DNA of 64,000 nt from Acidimicrobiia bacterium (lineage in GTDB: Bacteria > Actinomycetota > Acidimicrobiia > Acidimicrobiales > JANYDT01). The position numbers were made by a program, and so were the translations under genes. The notes under the pieces are model-generated. The model had not been told where the DNA came from. It was given only the letters and a program-made list of their open reading frames with translations, and did no database searches. Of the stretch, positions 29,563-39,514 are shown piece by piece. The DNA lies in assembly GCA_031418775.1 (NCBI GenBank), contig JANOJN010000170.1, positions 34,977-98,976 on the forward strand, in the 5' to 3' direction. How positions within the stretch are numbered: the stretch's first letter is position 1; the number at the start of each line of letters is the position of its first letter.

Positions 29563-30105
29563 ATGTCCACGAAAGTCCTCACCCGATTCGCCGCAACCGT
29601 CATCGTGTCCGCCACTGCCGTTGCCACGCTTTCGTCCGCCGCTCTTGCCACCGAAAAGAAGGCCGGCCCCAACCGCGCCGCGATAGCGAAGGTCCAGGCC
29701 GAGAACAAGGCCCGCCGGGAGGCGACCGAGGCAGCCAACAAGGACCGACGCGAGGCCACCCGCACCTCGAACGAGGGTGCTCGTACCGCGACCAAGACCT
29801 CGAACGACGCGTTGCGCGACACCACGCGGACCGGCTGTGAGACCGCGCGGGAAGCCGCTGCGACACAGGAGGCCAAAGCCGCAGCCCGGGCCGCATGCGA
29901 AGCCGCCCGCGACACCACGAAGTCCGCCACGGAGGCCGCGCGTGAGACCACGCGGACGTCGAACGAGGATGCCCGGGAGGCCACCCGTGCAGCCAACGAG
30001 GCTGCCCGCAAGGCAACGGAGGAGGCCAACAAGGCCGCCCGCGATGCCGTGCGCGCCACCTTGGTGCCCCGCACGAGCGTGCCTGCCGGCAACACCGCCT
30101 CCTGA
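29563..30105 (+). CDS. Secreted protein with 11-residue helical repeats
   Basis: Signal peptide (ending ALA), AGGAG RBS, repeats such as RREATRTSNEG/ARETTRTSNED; good codon bias. Confidence 0.8.
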   Translation: MSTKVLTRFAATVIVSATAVATLSSAALATEKKAGPNRAAIAKVQAENKARREATEAANKDRREATRTSNEGARTATKTSNDALRDTTRTGCETAREAAATQEAKAAARAACEAARDTTKSATEAARETTRTSNEDAREATRAANEAARKATEEANKAARDAVRATLVPRTSVPAGNTAS

Positions 30106-30156
30106 CGACAGCCGAGCGGGACCGTCGAGACCACGGCTCGACGGTCCCTCTTCGGC

Positions 30157-31227
30157 TCAGACCGCGGCTTTCGTGCGGAGAAGCTCAACGGCGAGACGAA
30201 ACTGGGTCCGTGCCCGGTCGAGGTTCTGCCCGGCCCGGTCGACGCGGAAGTACGTATCACCGTTGAGGTGATCGGCGAGGAACCTCATGCCGTTCTCCAC
30301 CGCCAGCACCGGACCGGCGTATCGGATCAGCGGCATCTCGGCCGGGTTGAACTCATAGGCATCGCGGAAGCCGTCGATGAGCGCGTCGACCACCCACTGC
30401 CGCACCTCCATCGGTTCGAGGTCGTGAGCATCTTCGGCCTCGTTGGACGCCCCGGACCGGATGAGCTCGCCCAGATCGACCAGTGCCGAGCCGGGCATCG
30501 TCGTGTCGAGATCGACTACGGCTCGTGCTGCACCCGTCGTGCGGTCACAGAGCAGGTTCGTCACCTTGGCGTCGTTGTGCACCGCATGCGTCGCGTTGGC
30601 AGCGATCGCCTTCGCCCATTCGAGAAGCTCGTCAGCGAGTGCCGACGCGTCCCCCAGTTCCCGCCGGATGACCGATGCCCGCTCCATGCGGTCGGCACGG
30701 CGTGCCTCGCGCAGCTGATCGACCCGCCATCCGAAGTCGTGGAACCTGGGAATGGTCTCGTGCAGCGGGCCCCCGGGGAGGGATCGGAGCGCGGACGCGA
30801 AGACGCCGAAGGTACGCGCGGCATTCGCGGCCTCGTCGGAGTTGGACACGTCGTGCGGAGCGATGCACCGCTCGACTCGGTGGGTTGCCCGCCAGGTCGA
30901 GCCGTCCGGCAGAAGCACGTGCAGGCCGTCGGTCTTCGTCCGGAGATGGCGGGGGATGGTGATCTCGAGGTGCGGATCGCGGAGGTGGAAGAGGTCGTCG
31001 ATCCGGCGGAGGTTCTCCTCACAGGCCGGGAGATCTCGGAAGACCTGCGCGTTGAGTTCCTGGACGACGTAACCCCCGGCGTCAGCGGTCGTGATCGACC
31101 ACGTGCGATGGATGTGTCCACCACCGAGAGGCACCGCGTCGGCGATAGGGGAGTCGACTTGATACGCGCGCAGAACGGCGCGGAGACGCTCCGACGCAGC
31201 GGACCCGTCGTCCGTCGTCGCTACCAC
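30157..31227 (-). CDS. APH/choline-kinase-fold phosphotransferase (N-acetylhexosamine 1-kinase-like)
   Basis: LGGGHIHRT, LHETIPRFHDF, HNDAKVTNLL, VVDLDTTMPG, RFLADHLNGDTYF; GTG 31227 overlaps the upstream stop. Confidence 0.82.
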   Translation of the reverse strand: MVATTDDGSAASERLRAVLRAYQVDSPIADAVPLGGGHIHRTWSITTADAGGYVVQELNAQVFRDLPACEENLRRIDDLFHLRDPHLEITIPRHLRTKTDGLHVLLPDGSTWRATHRVERCIAPHDVSNSDEAANAARTFGVFASALRSLPGGPLHETIPRFHDFGWRVDQLREARRADRMERASVIRRELGDASALADELLEWAKAIAANATHAVHNDAKVTNLLCDRTTGAARAVVDLDTTMPGSALVDLGELIRSGASNEAEDAHDLEPMEVRQWVVDALIDGFRDAYEFNPAEMPLIRYAGPVLAVENGMRFLADHLNGDTYFRVDRAGQNLDRARTQFRLAVELLRTKAAV

Positions 31228-32045
31228 CCGTCGGCGATCAGTTCGGCTCGGACCTTCTCCACGTCGTCGGCGAAGGTGACGCCGTGCCATGTGGAATCCG
31301 TCACCGTCACGCTGATGCGGAGTTGACCGGATGCGACGAGCTGACCGATGGCGTCGGGCAGGCCGAGTTCCGCTTTGGCGTCATCACGGTGTTGCTCCCG
31401 GAAGCCGCGCCCGAGGTCGCGCAATTCTTCAACAGCGGCCGGCCGAAACGCCCAGAGGTTCATCGAGACGGCAGCATCGCTTTCCATGACGTGGCCGGTG
31501 CCATCGGCGATCACGCCGTCCACGAGTTCCACCCCGCGGCGTTCGGTAAGCGCGCGGAGTAGTCCGTCTTCGTCGACGACCGGTTCGGCACGCGAAACGC
31601 CGCCGATGCCAGAGAGGGTTCGACCCACCGGAAACATCACCGCGGCACCGTCGATGTCGCCTTGCGTTGTCGCAGCAAACGCGTCTGCCAGGGCCGCGAC
31701 GCCGTAGAGGTCGTCACCGTTGGCGACAACCAACGGTCCGTGGAGGCCAGTGCTTGCCAGCGCATCGACAGTGCCCCAGGGCTTGCCGGCGCCTTCGTCG
31801 CGGCCGATCTGATCAGCGAACGAGACGGGTATCGGTGGATTGTTAAGTGCACCTATGATCGCGTCACGCGTGAGCGGTCCGACGACGATGACAGCTTCGG
31901 TGAAGCCGGCCCGTCTGGCCTGATCGAGCGAGAGGACGAGGAGCGCCTCGTGGGCGGGACCAACCGGCGCGAGCGGCTTCACGCCCCCGAAGCGCGAGCC
32001 GAGCCCGGCGGCCAGGAGGACGATGGGAACGGGCGTGGTAGTCAT
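31221..32045 (-). CDS. Sugar-phosphate nucleotidyltransferase
   Basis: LLAAGLGSRFGGVKPL, KPWGT, VANGDDLYG, VSMNLWAF, WHGVTFADD. Confidence 0.85.
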   Translation of the reverse strand: MTTTPVPIVLLAAGLGSRFGGVKPLAPVGPAHEALLVLSLDQARRAGFTEAVIVVGPLTRDAIIGALNNPPIPVSFADQIGRDEGAGKPWGTVDALASTGLHGPLVVANGDDLYGVAALADAFAATTQGDIDGAAVMFPVGRTLSGIGGVSRAEPVVDEDGLLRALTERRGVELVDGVIADGTGHVMESDAAVSMNLWAFRPAAVEELRDLGRGFREQHRDDAKAELGLPDAIGQLVASGQLRISVTVTDSTWHGVTFADDVEKVRAELIADGW

Positions 32046-32049
32046 GGCT

Positions 32050-33261
32050 ATGGCCAAGTCTGCCCGCAAGCCCACCGCCGTTTCGACCGAGTCCGGCGAT
32101 CTGCGCCTCGCCATGGTCGGGCTGGGGCTGCGAGGCAACCTGCTCGACGTTGCGCACCGGCCGGGCCGCGGCGGCACGATCGTCGGCCTCTGCGATCTTG
32201 ACGAGAACCTGCTGCGTTACCGCGCTGACCAACTCGGTGGTGTGGCGTGGATGACCACGACGTTCGCCAATGTCCTCGCCGCCGATGACGTCGACGCCGT
32301 CATCATCGCGACCCCCGACTTCGCCCATGAAGAAATGGTCATCGCGTCCTTGCGGGCGGGCAAGTCGACCTTCGCCGAGAAGCCGCTTGCCATCACCACG
32401 GCGGGATGTGACCGCGTCCTTGCCGCAGCCGCCGATGTCGCCGCCGCCGGGGTCCGGCTCTACGTCGGCCACAACCTCCGCCACTACAGCGCTATTCACA
32501 CGATGAAACAGCTCATCGACGACGGTGTCATCGGTGAGGTGCAAGCGGTGTGGTGTCGCCATTTCGTGGGACACGGCGGCGACTTCTACTTCAAGGACTG
32601 GCATGCGCAGCGGCGACACGTCACGTCGTTGTTGCTGCAAAAGGGGGCCCACGACATCGACGTGATCCATTGGCTGGCTGGCGGTGTGTCGAGGCGGGTG
32701 CAGGCATTTGGGCGGCTCGGTGTGTACGCACGCGTGGCCGACCGGCACGACGGCACGAAGCGAGACGACTGGTTCGACCAGGACAAGCACTGGCCGCCGC
32801 TAGCGAATACCGGACTACACCCGGAGATCGATGTCGAGGACCTGTCGATGATGCAGATGGAGTTGTCGAACGGTGTGCTGGCCTCCTACCAGGAATGCCA
32901 CTTCACGCCCGACTACTGGCGGAACTACACCGTCATCGGCACCGAGGGGAGGCTCGAAAACTTCGGGGATGTCGAAGGTGTCGTACGAGTCTGGAATCGC
33001 CGTGGTGGTTACTCTGCGCGAGGTGACATCGAAGTCCCTTTCCGACCGGGGCGGGGCGGGCATGGCGGGGCGGACGACGCGCTGATGGCCGAGTTCATCG
33101 AGTTCGTCCGTCGGGGCGGAGCGACCCAGACGTCGCCGATCGGTGCTCGGGAAGCGGTCGCAGCCGGCTGCGCCGGGGCGGAGTCGTTGCGCTCCGGGGG
33201 TATTCCGGTGACGGTGGAGGAGCCGGACCTCGATGTCGTGCGGCGGCTAACGGGCGCCTGA
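32050..33261 (+). CDS. Gfo/Idh/MocA family oxidoreductase
   Basis: VGLGLRG, IATPDFAH, EKPLA, GHNLRH, KGAHDID, GHGGAD; start ATG 32044 or 32050. Confidence 0.9.
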   Translation: MAKSARKPTAVSTESGDLRLAMVGLGLRGNLLDVAHRPGRGGTIVGLCDLDENLLRYRADQLGGVAWMTTTFANVLAADDVDAVIIATPDFAHEEMVIASLRAGKSTFAEKPLAITTAGCDRVLAAAADVAAAGVRLYVGHNLRHYSAIHTMKQLIDDGVIGEVQAVWCRHFVGHGGDFYFKDWHAQRRHVTSLLLQKGAHDIDVIHWLAGGVSRRVQAFGRLGVYARVADRHDGTKRDDWFDQDKHWPPLANTGLHPEIDVEDLSMMQMELSNGVLASYQECHFTPDYWRNYTVIGTEGRLENFGDVEGVVRVWNRRGGYSARGDIEVPFRPGRGGHGGADDALMAEFIEFVRRGGATQTSPIGAREAVAAGCAGAESLRSGGIPVTVEEPDLDVVRRLTGA

Positions 33262-33317
33262 CCCGGCGAGGGGTGTCGGCCTCGGGCAGTGGCATCGGAC
33301 TTGGTCGACGCATGTTG

Positions 33318-33387
33318 TGCGGCTGAACACCTCCCAACGCCTCTCGGAGGTGTCCTGCCCCCATATGTGGGGGCAACCTCTCTCCCA
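33318..33387 (-). repeat. Dispersed structured intergenic repeat, copy 2 (70-bp core)
   Basis: Reverse complement TGGGAGAGAGGTTGCCCCCACATATGGGGGCAGGACACCTCC...GGAGGTGTTCAGCCGCA. Confidence 0.92.
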
Positions 33388-33393
33388 ACGAGC

Positions 33394-33409
33394 AGTGACG
33401 TACGTCACA
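33394..33409. promoter_or_regulatory. CRP/GlxR-like palindromic site
   Basis: AGTGA-CGTACG-TCACA; inner 14 bp GTGACGTACGTCAC is a perfect palindrome; about 90 bp upstream of 33501. Confidence 0.55.
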
Positions 33410-33500
33410 TCGGACTTTGTGTCCGGATCTCCTTGGTGGTGACTCACCACTGGCATCAACAACGCACCACTCCGGTGCGTGCCAACCACAAGGAGCCATC

Positions 33501-34406
33501 ATGAACCGCACTGCCCGCCGCATCCGCAACATCTCCGCCGCCACCCTCGCCCTCACCGCCGCCGGTCTCACCGTCGGCTCCCTGTCCGCCTCCGCCATCC
33601 CGGTCTTTCCACCGCTCACGATCCCCACGATCCCGGTCTTCCCGACGATCCCGACGATCCCGCCGATCCCGCCGATCCCGCCGGTCGTCACGTTACCCCC
33701 CGGCGTCACGATCCCGCCGTTCGTGACGATCCCGCCGGCGCTCTTCTCCATGCCCGTCACACTCTCCGCCCCGGCCGGTCCGGTCGAGCGGGGCGCCAAC
33801 TACGCCTACTCGATGACCATCTCGATGGGCTCGGGCATCACTGGCCCGGTCAACCTGATCCACAGCATCCCGGCTGCCCTCAGCGGCGCCGTCTGGAGCT
33901 GCTCTGCCGCCGCCGGCGCCTCGTGCGGGGGATCGGCCGCCGGCTCGGGAAACATTTCCCGAGTGCTGAGCATGCCGGGGGGGTCGTCGGTCACGTTCCT
34001 GGTCAACGGCACGATTGCCGGCGACGCCGCCAACTTCCAGCTGGGCATGAGCGCCGTCCGGGCCGGTAGCCCGACCAACCGCACCGTCGATGTGGCAGTC
34101 AACGTGCCCGTCCCGACGACGCTCCCCGTCCCATCGTCGCCAACGACAACGCCTCCTCCCGCACCCACGGTTGTGCCGCCCGCTCCGACGACGACCCCGG
34201 CTCCGACGACGACCCCGTCTCAAACGCCGACCACGTCGGCTCAGCAGCCCATCGTGATCGTGATTCAGCAGCCGACCACCCCGCCGGCGGCCAAGAAGGC
34301 CGTGGCCAAGAAGGCCGTGGCCAAGAAGTCCAAGAAGGTCAGCAAGAGGAAGGTCGCCCGCAAGGTCGCCCGCCGGGTCGTGTCGGCCAACAAGACCGTC
34401 CGCTGA
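33501..34406 (+). CDS. Secreted Pro-rich protein with a DUF11-like Ig domain and Lys-rich C-tail
   Basis: AAGGAG RBS, signal peptide ending ASA, (IPx)n repeats, WSCSAAAGASC beta domain, P/T linker, AKKAVAKKAVAKK tail. Confidence 0.8.
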   Translation: MNRTARRIRNISAATLALTAAGLTVGSLSASAIPVFPPLTIPTIPVFPTIPTIPPIPPIPPVVTLPPGVTIPPFVTIPPALFSMPVTLSAPAGPVERGANYAYSMTISMGSGITGPVNLIHSIPAALSGAVWSCSAAAGASCGGSAAGSGNISRVLSMPGGSSVTFLVNGTIAGDAANFQLGMSAVRAGSPTNRTVDVAVNVPVPTTLPVPSSPTTTPPPAPTVVPPAPTTTPAPTTTPSQTPTTSAQQPIVIVIQQPTTPPAAKKAVAKKAVAKKSKKVSKRKVARKVARRVVSANKTVR

Positions 34407-34496
34407 CCGCTCCGGGGTGGTCGGGTCGGGCCCGACGGAAGGGTCCGCCCACCCCGAGCCCAACCGCTTTTCGTTGAACTTTCGTAGGCTCTGCTC

Positions 34497-36044
34497 ATGT
34501 CCCGGTCCCTCCGCACTGCCAGTGACGCCGATGTGGCGACACGTGCAGCGCAGGGGGACCGGGACGCATTCGGGGAGCTCTATGCCCGGTTCGGCTCGCA
34601 GCTGTTCGACTTCTGCGCCCGCCTCACCGGTTCGCCCGACGATGCTGCCGATGTCACCCACGAGGTGTTCATCCGGGCCTCGTCTCGTCTGTCCCAGCTC
34701 CGTGAACCGGAACGGGTACGGGCGTGGCTCTTCTCGGTTGCCCGACACGAGTGCTACGCCTACACCCGCAAACGGTCCCGAACCCTTCCCAAAGATCCCA
34801 TGCGATTCGGTGACACCCTCGAACAGAGCGGCCGTACGGCCGGGGGACTCCTGGAGTCCGACGAGCTCGTCGCTCTGGCCACGGCGGCGCGCGGGGGACT
34901 CGAGTCCGACGATCTCGCCCTCCTCGATCTGCGCTTTCGTCAGGACCTGAGCGGCAACGATCTCGCCGAGGCGGCCGGGGTTCCTCACGAACACCTCCAC
35001 AAGGCCCTGGCCCGGGCGGCTGAGCGTTTCGAGAAGTCGCTGACCGCCGTTGTGCTCCTGCGTCACGGGCGCAAGCACTGTTCTGGGCTCGCCGCGGTCG
35101 CCGACGATGGAGCGGCGCTCGATCCGCTCCTGCGCAAGCGGGTGTCGCGCCACATCGAGGGCTGCGATGAGTGCACCCGCCGCCGTCACGCCCTGGTCAA
35201 CCCGGCGACGATGTCGGCGAGCGCCACGACCCGACTTGTTCCCCCGCTCGCCCCTCCCGTCGGCCTGCGCGACGCCGTGCTCTCGTCGATGGGCTCTGGA
35301 TTGGGGGCGTCGACAACGCCCTACCGCTGGCAGCGAAACGGCTTCCCCCGATCGATCCGTCGTCGCCGTACCGCCCCGACCGCTGCACTGGTCAGCGCCC
35401 TCCTGTTGTTGTCGGTCGGGTTGGTCCGCGAAAGCCCGACGGGATCGTTCCGCCGGCCGCCGCCTCCGCCGACTGCGGCACCGACGATTCCGCCGCCCAC
35501 GTTTCCTCCGACCACCGCTCGCCCGACTACAGGCGTGCCGACGGCACCGGCCGCGACAACCACGACAACCACAACCACAACCACAACCACAACCACAACG
35601 GTGGCACCGACCTCCACCACCGTCGTCCCGACGACCGTCCGGGCGCGGGTGACCACCGTCGCCCTGACGACGCGCAAACCCAGGCGCCGGACGACCACCA
35701 CCCTTGCGCCGCAGAAGGCCCCGCTGACCGAGGCGGCCACCACTGCGCCGACCGCGCCACCCGTCGTGGAGACGACCTCCCCGCCGACCGTCGAAGTCAC
35801 CGCTCCACCGATCATCACGCCCCCTCCGATCATCGTGACCACGACGCTCCCGCCGCCCGTACAGCTCACGACCACGACGAGACCGTGCATACCCGGTAAG
35901 ACCTGTCCGACGATCCCTCCGGCGCCTACGACGACCCTGAAGCCGTGCAACCCCGCGGTCCTCTGCCTACCGCCGTCGATCCCGCCCATCATCGTCGTGT
36001 TTCAGACCACGACGACGACCCTCGCTCCGCCGATCATCAAGTAG
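34497..36044 (+). CDS. ECF sigma factor with fused ZAS domain, TM helix and Pro/Thr-rich extension
   Basis: QGDRDAFGELY, DAADVTHEVF, RAWLFSVARHE; RHIEGCDEC; hydrophobic AALVSALLLLSVGLV; poly-Thr/Pro tail. Confidence 0.85.
   Translation: MSRSLRTASDADVATRAAQGDRDAFGELYARFGSQLFDFCARLTGSPDDAADVTHEVFIRASSRLSQLREPERVRAWLFSVARHECYAYTRKRSRTLPKDPMRFGDTLEQSGRTAGGLLESDELVALATAARGGLESDDLALLDLRFRQDLSGNDLAEAAGVPHEHLHKALARAAERFEKSLTAVVLLRHGRKHCSGLAAVADDGAALDPLLRKRVSRHIEGCDECTRRRHALVNPATMSASATTRLVPPLAPPVGLRDAVLSSMGSGLGASTTPYRWQRNGFPRSIRRRRTAPTAALVSALLLLSVGLVRESPTGSFRRPPPPPTAAPTIPPPTFPPTTARPTTGVPTAPAATTTTTTTTTTTTTTTVAPTSTTVVPTTVRARVTTVALTTRKPRRRTTTTLAPQKAPLTEAATTAPTAPPVVETTSPPTVEVTAPPIITPPPIIVTTTLPPPVQLTTTTRPCIPGKTCPTIPPAPTTTLKPCNPAVLCLPPSIPPIIVVFQTTTTTLAPPIIK
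35556..35600 (+). repeat. (ACAACC)n microsatellite encoding poly-Thr
   Basis: Five perfect ACAACC units at 35565-35594 plus flanking variants. Confidence 0.9.
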
Positions 36045-36046
36045 CA

Positions 36047-36090
<44 letters not shown>

Positions 36091-36098
36091 CTGGCCAC

Positions 36099-37838
36099 TC
36101 AGCGTGCCGCGACCTCGACCAGGTCGTCGACGATGGCATCGACGGCCACCTCGCGGCGCTCGCCGGTGCGACGATCCTTCACCTCGACCATGCCGTTGGC
36201 GAGACCCTTGCCCACGATGCAGATGGTCGGCATGCCAAGCAGATCGGCGTCGCCGAACTTGATGCCGGCGCTGACGCCGATGCGATCGTCGAGGAGAACG
36301 CGAACACCACGTGCGACCAGGGCGGAGGCGATCCGTTCGGCCTCGGGGAGCTGGATCCCGCCGTCCTTGCCGGTGACGGCCACGATGTGCACCTGCGCCG
36401 GGGCGATCGAGTTGGGCCAGCACAGGCCTCGGTCGTCGTGACGCTGTTCGGCGACCACGGCCACCGCCCGTGAGACGCCGATGCCGTAGGAGCCCATGGT
36501 GATCCGGATCTGCTGACCGTCGGGGCCCGAGGCGTCGAGCGCGAACGCTTCGGCGTACTTGCGGCCGAGCTGAAAGATATGGCCGATCTCGATGGCGCGT
36601 CCGGCGGTGAGCGGTGAGGAACATCTTGGGCAGGGGTCGCCCTCGACGATCGTGGCAACGGAAAGTACGCGGTCGACCTTGAAGTCGCGGCCGACGACGG
36701 CGTTCACCACGTGATGCTCGAAGCGGTTCGCGCCGGTGACCCAGGAGGTGTTGTCGGCAACGGCGGGGTCGGCGAAGACCATGACGCCGTGGTCGGCCAT
36801 GCCGATGGCGGAGACGTATCCCTTGACGAAAGCGGGCCGGGCGTTGAAGTCGTCGTCGGTGAACGGTTCCAGTCGCCCGGGGGCGACTGCGGCTTCGAGC
36901 TTGGCTTCGTCGACTTCTCGGTCGCCGGGAACGAGCACCATGATCGGCGTGCCGTCCACCTTGAACAGGATGTTCTTCAGCAGCATGGTGGCATCGACGC
37001 CGAGGTCGTGGTGGTCGTTGAGGTGAGCGACAAGCGCGGTGATTCCCGGGGCGTCGGGGGTGTGCAGCGCGGTCATCGCCGGGTGGACGGCCGGGTCGAC
37101 TTTGGTGAGGTCGCCGATCGAGCGCTCGACGGCTTCGACGTTGGCGGCATAGTCGCACGACGTGCAGCTGACGAAGGTGTCCTCTCCGGTCGGGCTGGGG
37201 GCGAGGAACTCCTCGCTGGCCGATCCGCCCATGGCTCCCGACATCGCGGCGACGATGCGGTAGTCGATGCCGAGGCGGGCGAAGGTCTTCTGGTAGGCGT
37301 CGCGGTGGAGCTGATACGACGCAGCCAGACCTTCGTCGGTGAGGTCGAACGAGTAGGAGTCCTTCATGAGGAACTCCCGACCGCGCAGGATGCCCGAGCG
37401 CGGCCGCGCTTCATCTCGGTATTTGGACTGAATCTGGTAAAGGATCACCGGGAAATCGCGATACGACGTGTACAGATCTTTCACGGCGAGGGTGAACAGC
37501 TCCTCGTGGGTGGGCCCGAGGAGGTAGTCGTTGCCCCGACGGTCCTTGAGGCGGAACAGTGTGTCGCCGTACTCCGTCCAGCGGCCGGTGGTCTCGTACG
37601 GGTCTCGGGGGAGCAGGGCTGGGAACGTGACCTGTTGAGCGCCGATGGCGTCCATCTCCTCCTTGATGACCCGCTCGACGTTGTCCTGCACCAATTGGCC
37701 GAGGGGCAGCAGGGAGTAGATGCCGGGGGCCCAGCGGCGGATGTAGCCGGCCCGCACGAGGAGCTTGTGACTCGGAACCTCGGCGTCAGCCGGATCGTCG
37801 CGGAGCGTTCGGAGGAAGAGGGTCGACAGGCGGAGCAC
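36099..37838 (-). CDS. proS: Proline--tRNA ligase
   Basis: [65 protein letters not shown]; INS editing domain; GTG 37838. Confidence 0.97.
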   Translation of the reverse strand: MLRLSTLFLRTLRDDPADAEVPSHKLLVRAGYIRRWAPGIYSLLPLGQLVQDNVERVIKEEMDAIGAQQVTFPALLPRDPYETTGRWTEYGDTLFRLKDRRGNDYLLGPTHEELFTLAVKDLYTSYRDFPVILYQIQSKYRDEARPRSGILRGREFLMKDSYSFDLTDEGLAASYQLHRDAYQKTFARLGIDYRIVAAMSGAMGGSASEEFLAPSPTGEDTFVSCTSCDYAANVEAVERSIGDLTKVDPAVHPAMTALHTPDAPGITALVAHLNDHHDLGVDATMLLKNILFKVDGTPIMVLVPGDREVDEAKLEAAVAPGRLEPFTDDDFNARPAFVKGYVSAIGMADHGVMVFADPAVADNTSWVTGANRFEHHVVNAVVGRDFKVDRVLSVATIVEGDPCPRCSSPLTAGRAIEIGHIFQLGRKYAEAFALDASGPDGQQIRITMGSYGIGVSRAVAVVAEQRHDDRGLCWPNSIAPAQVHIVAVTGKDGGIQLPEAERIASALVARGVRVLLDDRIGVSAGIKFGDADLLGMPTICIVGKGLANGMVEVKDRRTGERREVAVDAIVDDLVEVAAR

Positions 37839-37887
37839 GCCGCCAACGCTAATGGCGCCCGCCCGAAATCCATGCCCGGTTTCACGC

Positions 37888-37957
37888 TGGGAGAGAGGTT
37901 GCCCCCGTATATGGGGGCAGAACACCTCCGAACGGCGCTCGGAGGCGTTCTGCCGCA
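37888..37957 (+). repeat. Dispersed structured intergenic repeat, copy 3 (70-bp core)
   Basis: TGGGAGAGAGGTTGCCCCCGTATATGGGGGCAGAACACCTCC...GGAGGCGTTCTGCCGCA. Confidence 0.93.
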
Positions 37958-37985
37958 CGTTCGTGACCGTCGTTCGGCGAGGTGG

Positions 37986-38110
37986 TCTGTGGACATATCT
38001 GTGGACATAGTGTCGTTTCGGTGGACAAGTCCCGATGTGCGGTTCGGAGCGAGCGCCGATTTCCGGGCGTTCGCGACGGCAGACGCCGCCTCTGGCGGTT
38101 CTTTTCCACA
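37986..38110. promoter_or_regulatory. DnaA-box-like cluster in the proS-lipase intergenic region
   Basis: TGTGGACAT x2 (12-bp tandem TCTGTGGACATA), GGTGGACAA 38020-38028, TTTTCCACA 38102-38110. Confidence 0.55.
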
Positions 38111-38257
38111 GCAGCGCACAACGTGGCTTCCTTGGTGAACGCGCGTTCAGAACTGATTGAAAGATCAATGATCAAACCCGACAACCACCTCCGGGCGAGC
38201 CCGGTCGGTGAACATCGACAAGACCGGATGACGTCGACCCGGCCGTAACCTCGGAGC

Positions 38258-39445
38258 ATGGTCAGCTTCTCGTCCCGTCGCCGCCTTGCGTTCGCGACGG
38301 CGGTTGCCACGCTGACGACGCTTGCCCTGACCGGGCCGTCCCCGACCGTCGCCCGTGCGGCGACCCGGGCCCAGTCGTTGAGCATTCCTGACCCCGCTCC
38401 CGACGTAGCCCCGGGCACGCTGCTCGGGTCGGTGCCGATCGCCGGCGGCGGACCACTCGGCGCCAAGGCGTACCGCGTCGTCTACGCATCGCGGAGCATC
38501 TCCGGTGTGCCGATCTCTGTCACCGGCTTCGCGTATGTGCCGCCAGGGCCGGCCCCGAGGGGCGGTTGGCCGGTGCTCTCGTATGCACACGGAACGGGTG
38601 GACTCGCCGATCGCTGTGCCCCGTCACGTAAGCCGGGCGCCGCCGAACAGTTCATCGGTCTGTCGTTCGTCGGCCTCGGCATGGCCGTCGTGGCGACGGA
38701 CTACGAGGGACTGGGCACACCCGGTCGCCATCCGTACATCGTCGGGGAGAGCGAAGGCCGGGGCGTGCTCGACATCGTCCGAGCCGCCCGCCAACTGCCG
38801 TCGGAGTCGCTAAGCGCGCGTACCTTGATCTGGGGCCACTCGCAGGGCGGCCACGCCGCGCTGTTCGCGGGTCAGTTGGCCCCGACCTGGGCGCCCGATC
38901 TGACGTTGCTCGGTGTCGTGGCAGGGGCACCGCCGTCGCAACTGACCACCGTCGCCGACTCGATCTCGACGTCGCCGTACCGCGGGTACCTGTTCATGGT
39001 CGCGGCCGGACTCGCCGCGGCGAACGCGTCGCTCAACCTTAACGACGTCCTGACAGAAAAGGGCCAACAGCTCCTTCCGGTGGTCGACACGGGTTGCAAC
39101 ACCGAGGTGTTCAAGGCGTTCTCCGCCGATCCGCTCGACACCCTCGTCAAGCGCGACGGGTTCCGTTCCGGGCCATGGGCTGCGGCACTCCAGGCGAACG
39201 AACCCGGCAATGTGCGCATCCACGCTCCTGTTCTCCTCGTCCACGGCGATCGCGATGAGCAGATTCCGGTGGCGACTTCGGCCAAGTTGCTGTCGCGGAT
39301 GTGTGCCGCGAAGACACTCACGCGCCGCGTCGTCTACCCGGGCCAGGACCACACCGGTGCGGCCATCGTCTCGCTCTTCGATGTGATCTCGTTCGCCAGG
39401 GATCGACTCGTTGGGAAGGCGGCGAAGACCAGCTGCAGAAGATGA
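38258..39445 (+). CDS. Secretory lipase (LIP family alpha/beta hydrolase)
   Basis: RRR-containing signal peptide, YAHGTGGLADRCAPS, ATDYEGLG, GHSQGG nucleophile, HGDRD, YPGQDH. Confidence 0.88.
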   Translation: MVSFSSRRRLAFATAVATLTTLALTGPSPTVARAATRAQSLSIPDPAPDVAPGTLLGSVPIAGGGPLGAKAYRVVYASRSISGVPISVTGFAYVPPGPAPRGGWPVLSYAHGTGGLADRCAPSRKPGAAEQFIGLSFVGLGMAVVATDYEGLGTPGRHPYIVGESEGRGVLDIVRAARQLPSESLSARTLIWGHSQGGHAALFAGQLAPTWAPDLTLLGVVAGAPPSQLTTVADSISTSPYRGYLFMVAAGLAAANASLNLNDVLTEKGQQLLPVVDTGCNTEVFKAFSADPLDTLVKRDGFRSGPWAAALQANEPGNVRIHAPVLLVHGDRDEQIPVATSAKLLSRMCAAKTLTRRVVYPGQDHTGAAIVSLFDVISFARDRLVGKAAKTSCRR

Positions 39446-39514
39446 GGTGGCAATTGACGCGACGAAATGCGAGTATTTACTCAGGTTCTGTTGCCGACTC
39501 CCGAAAGGTCCATC

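Noticed and set aside
37839-38168. 110-aa N-terminal extension of ProS and a possible T-box leader
   Set aside because: The region is repeat copy 3 plus DnaA-like boxes; no T-box consensus seen; a -10 hexamer sits just before GTG 37838
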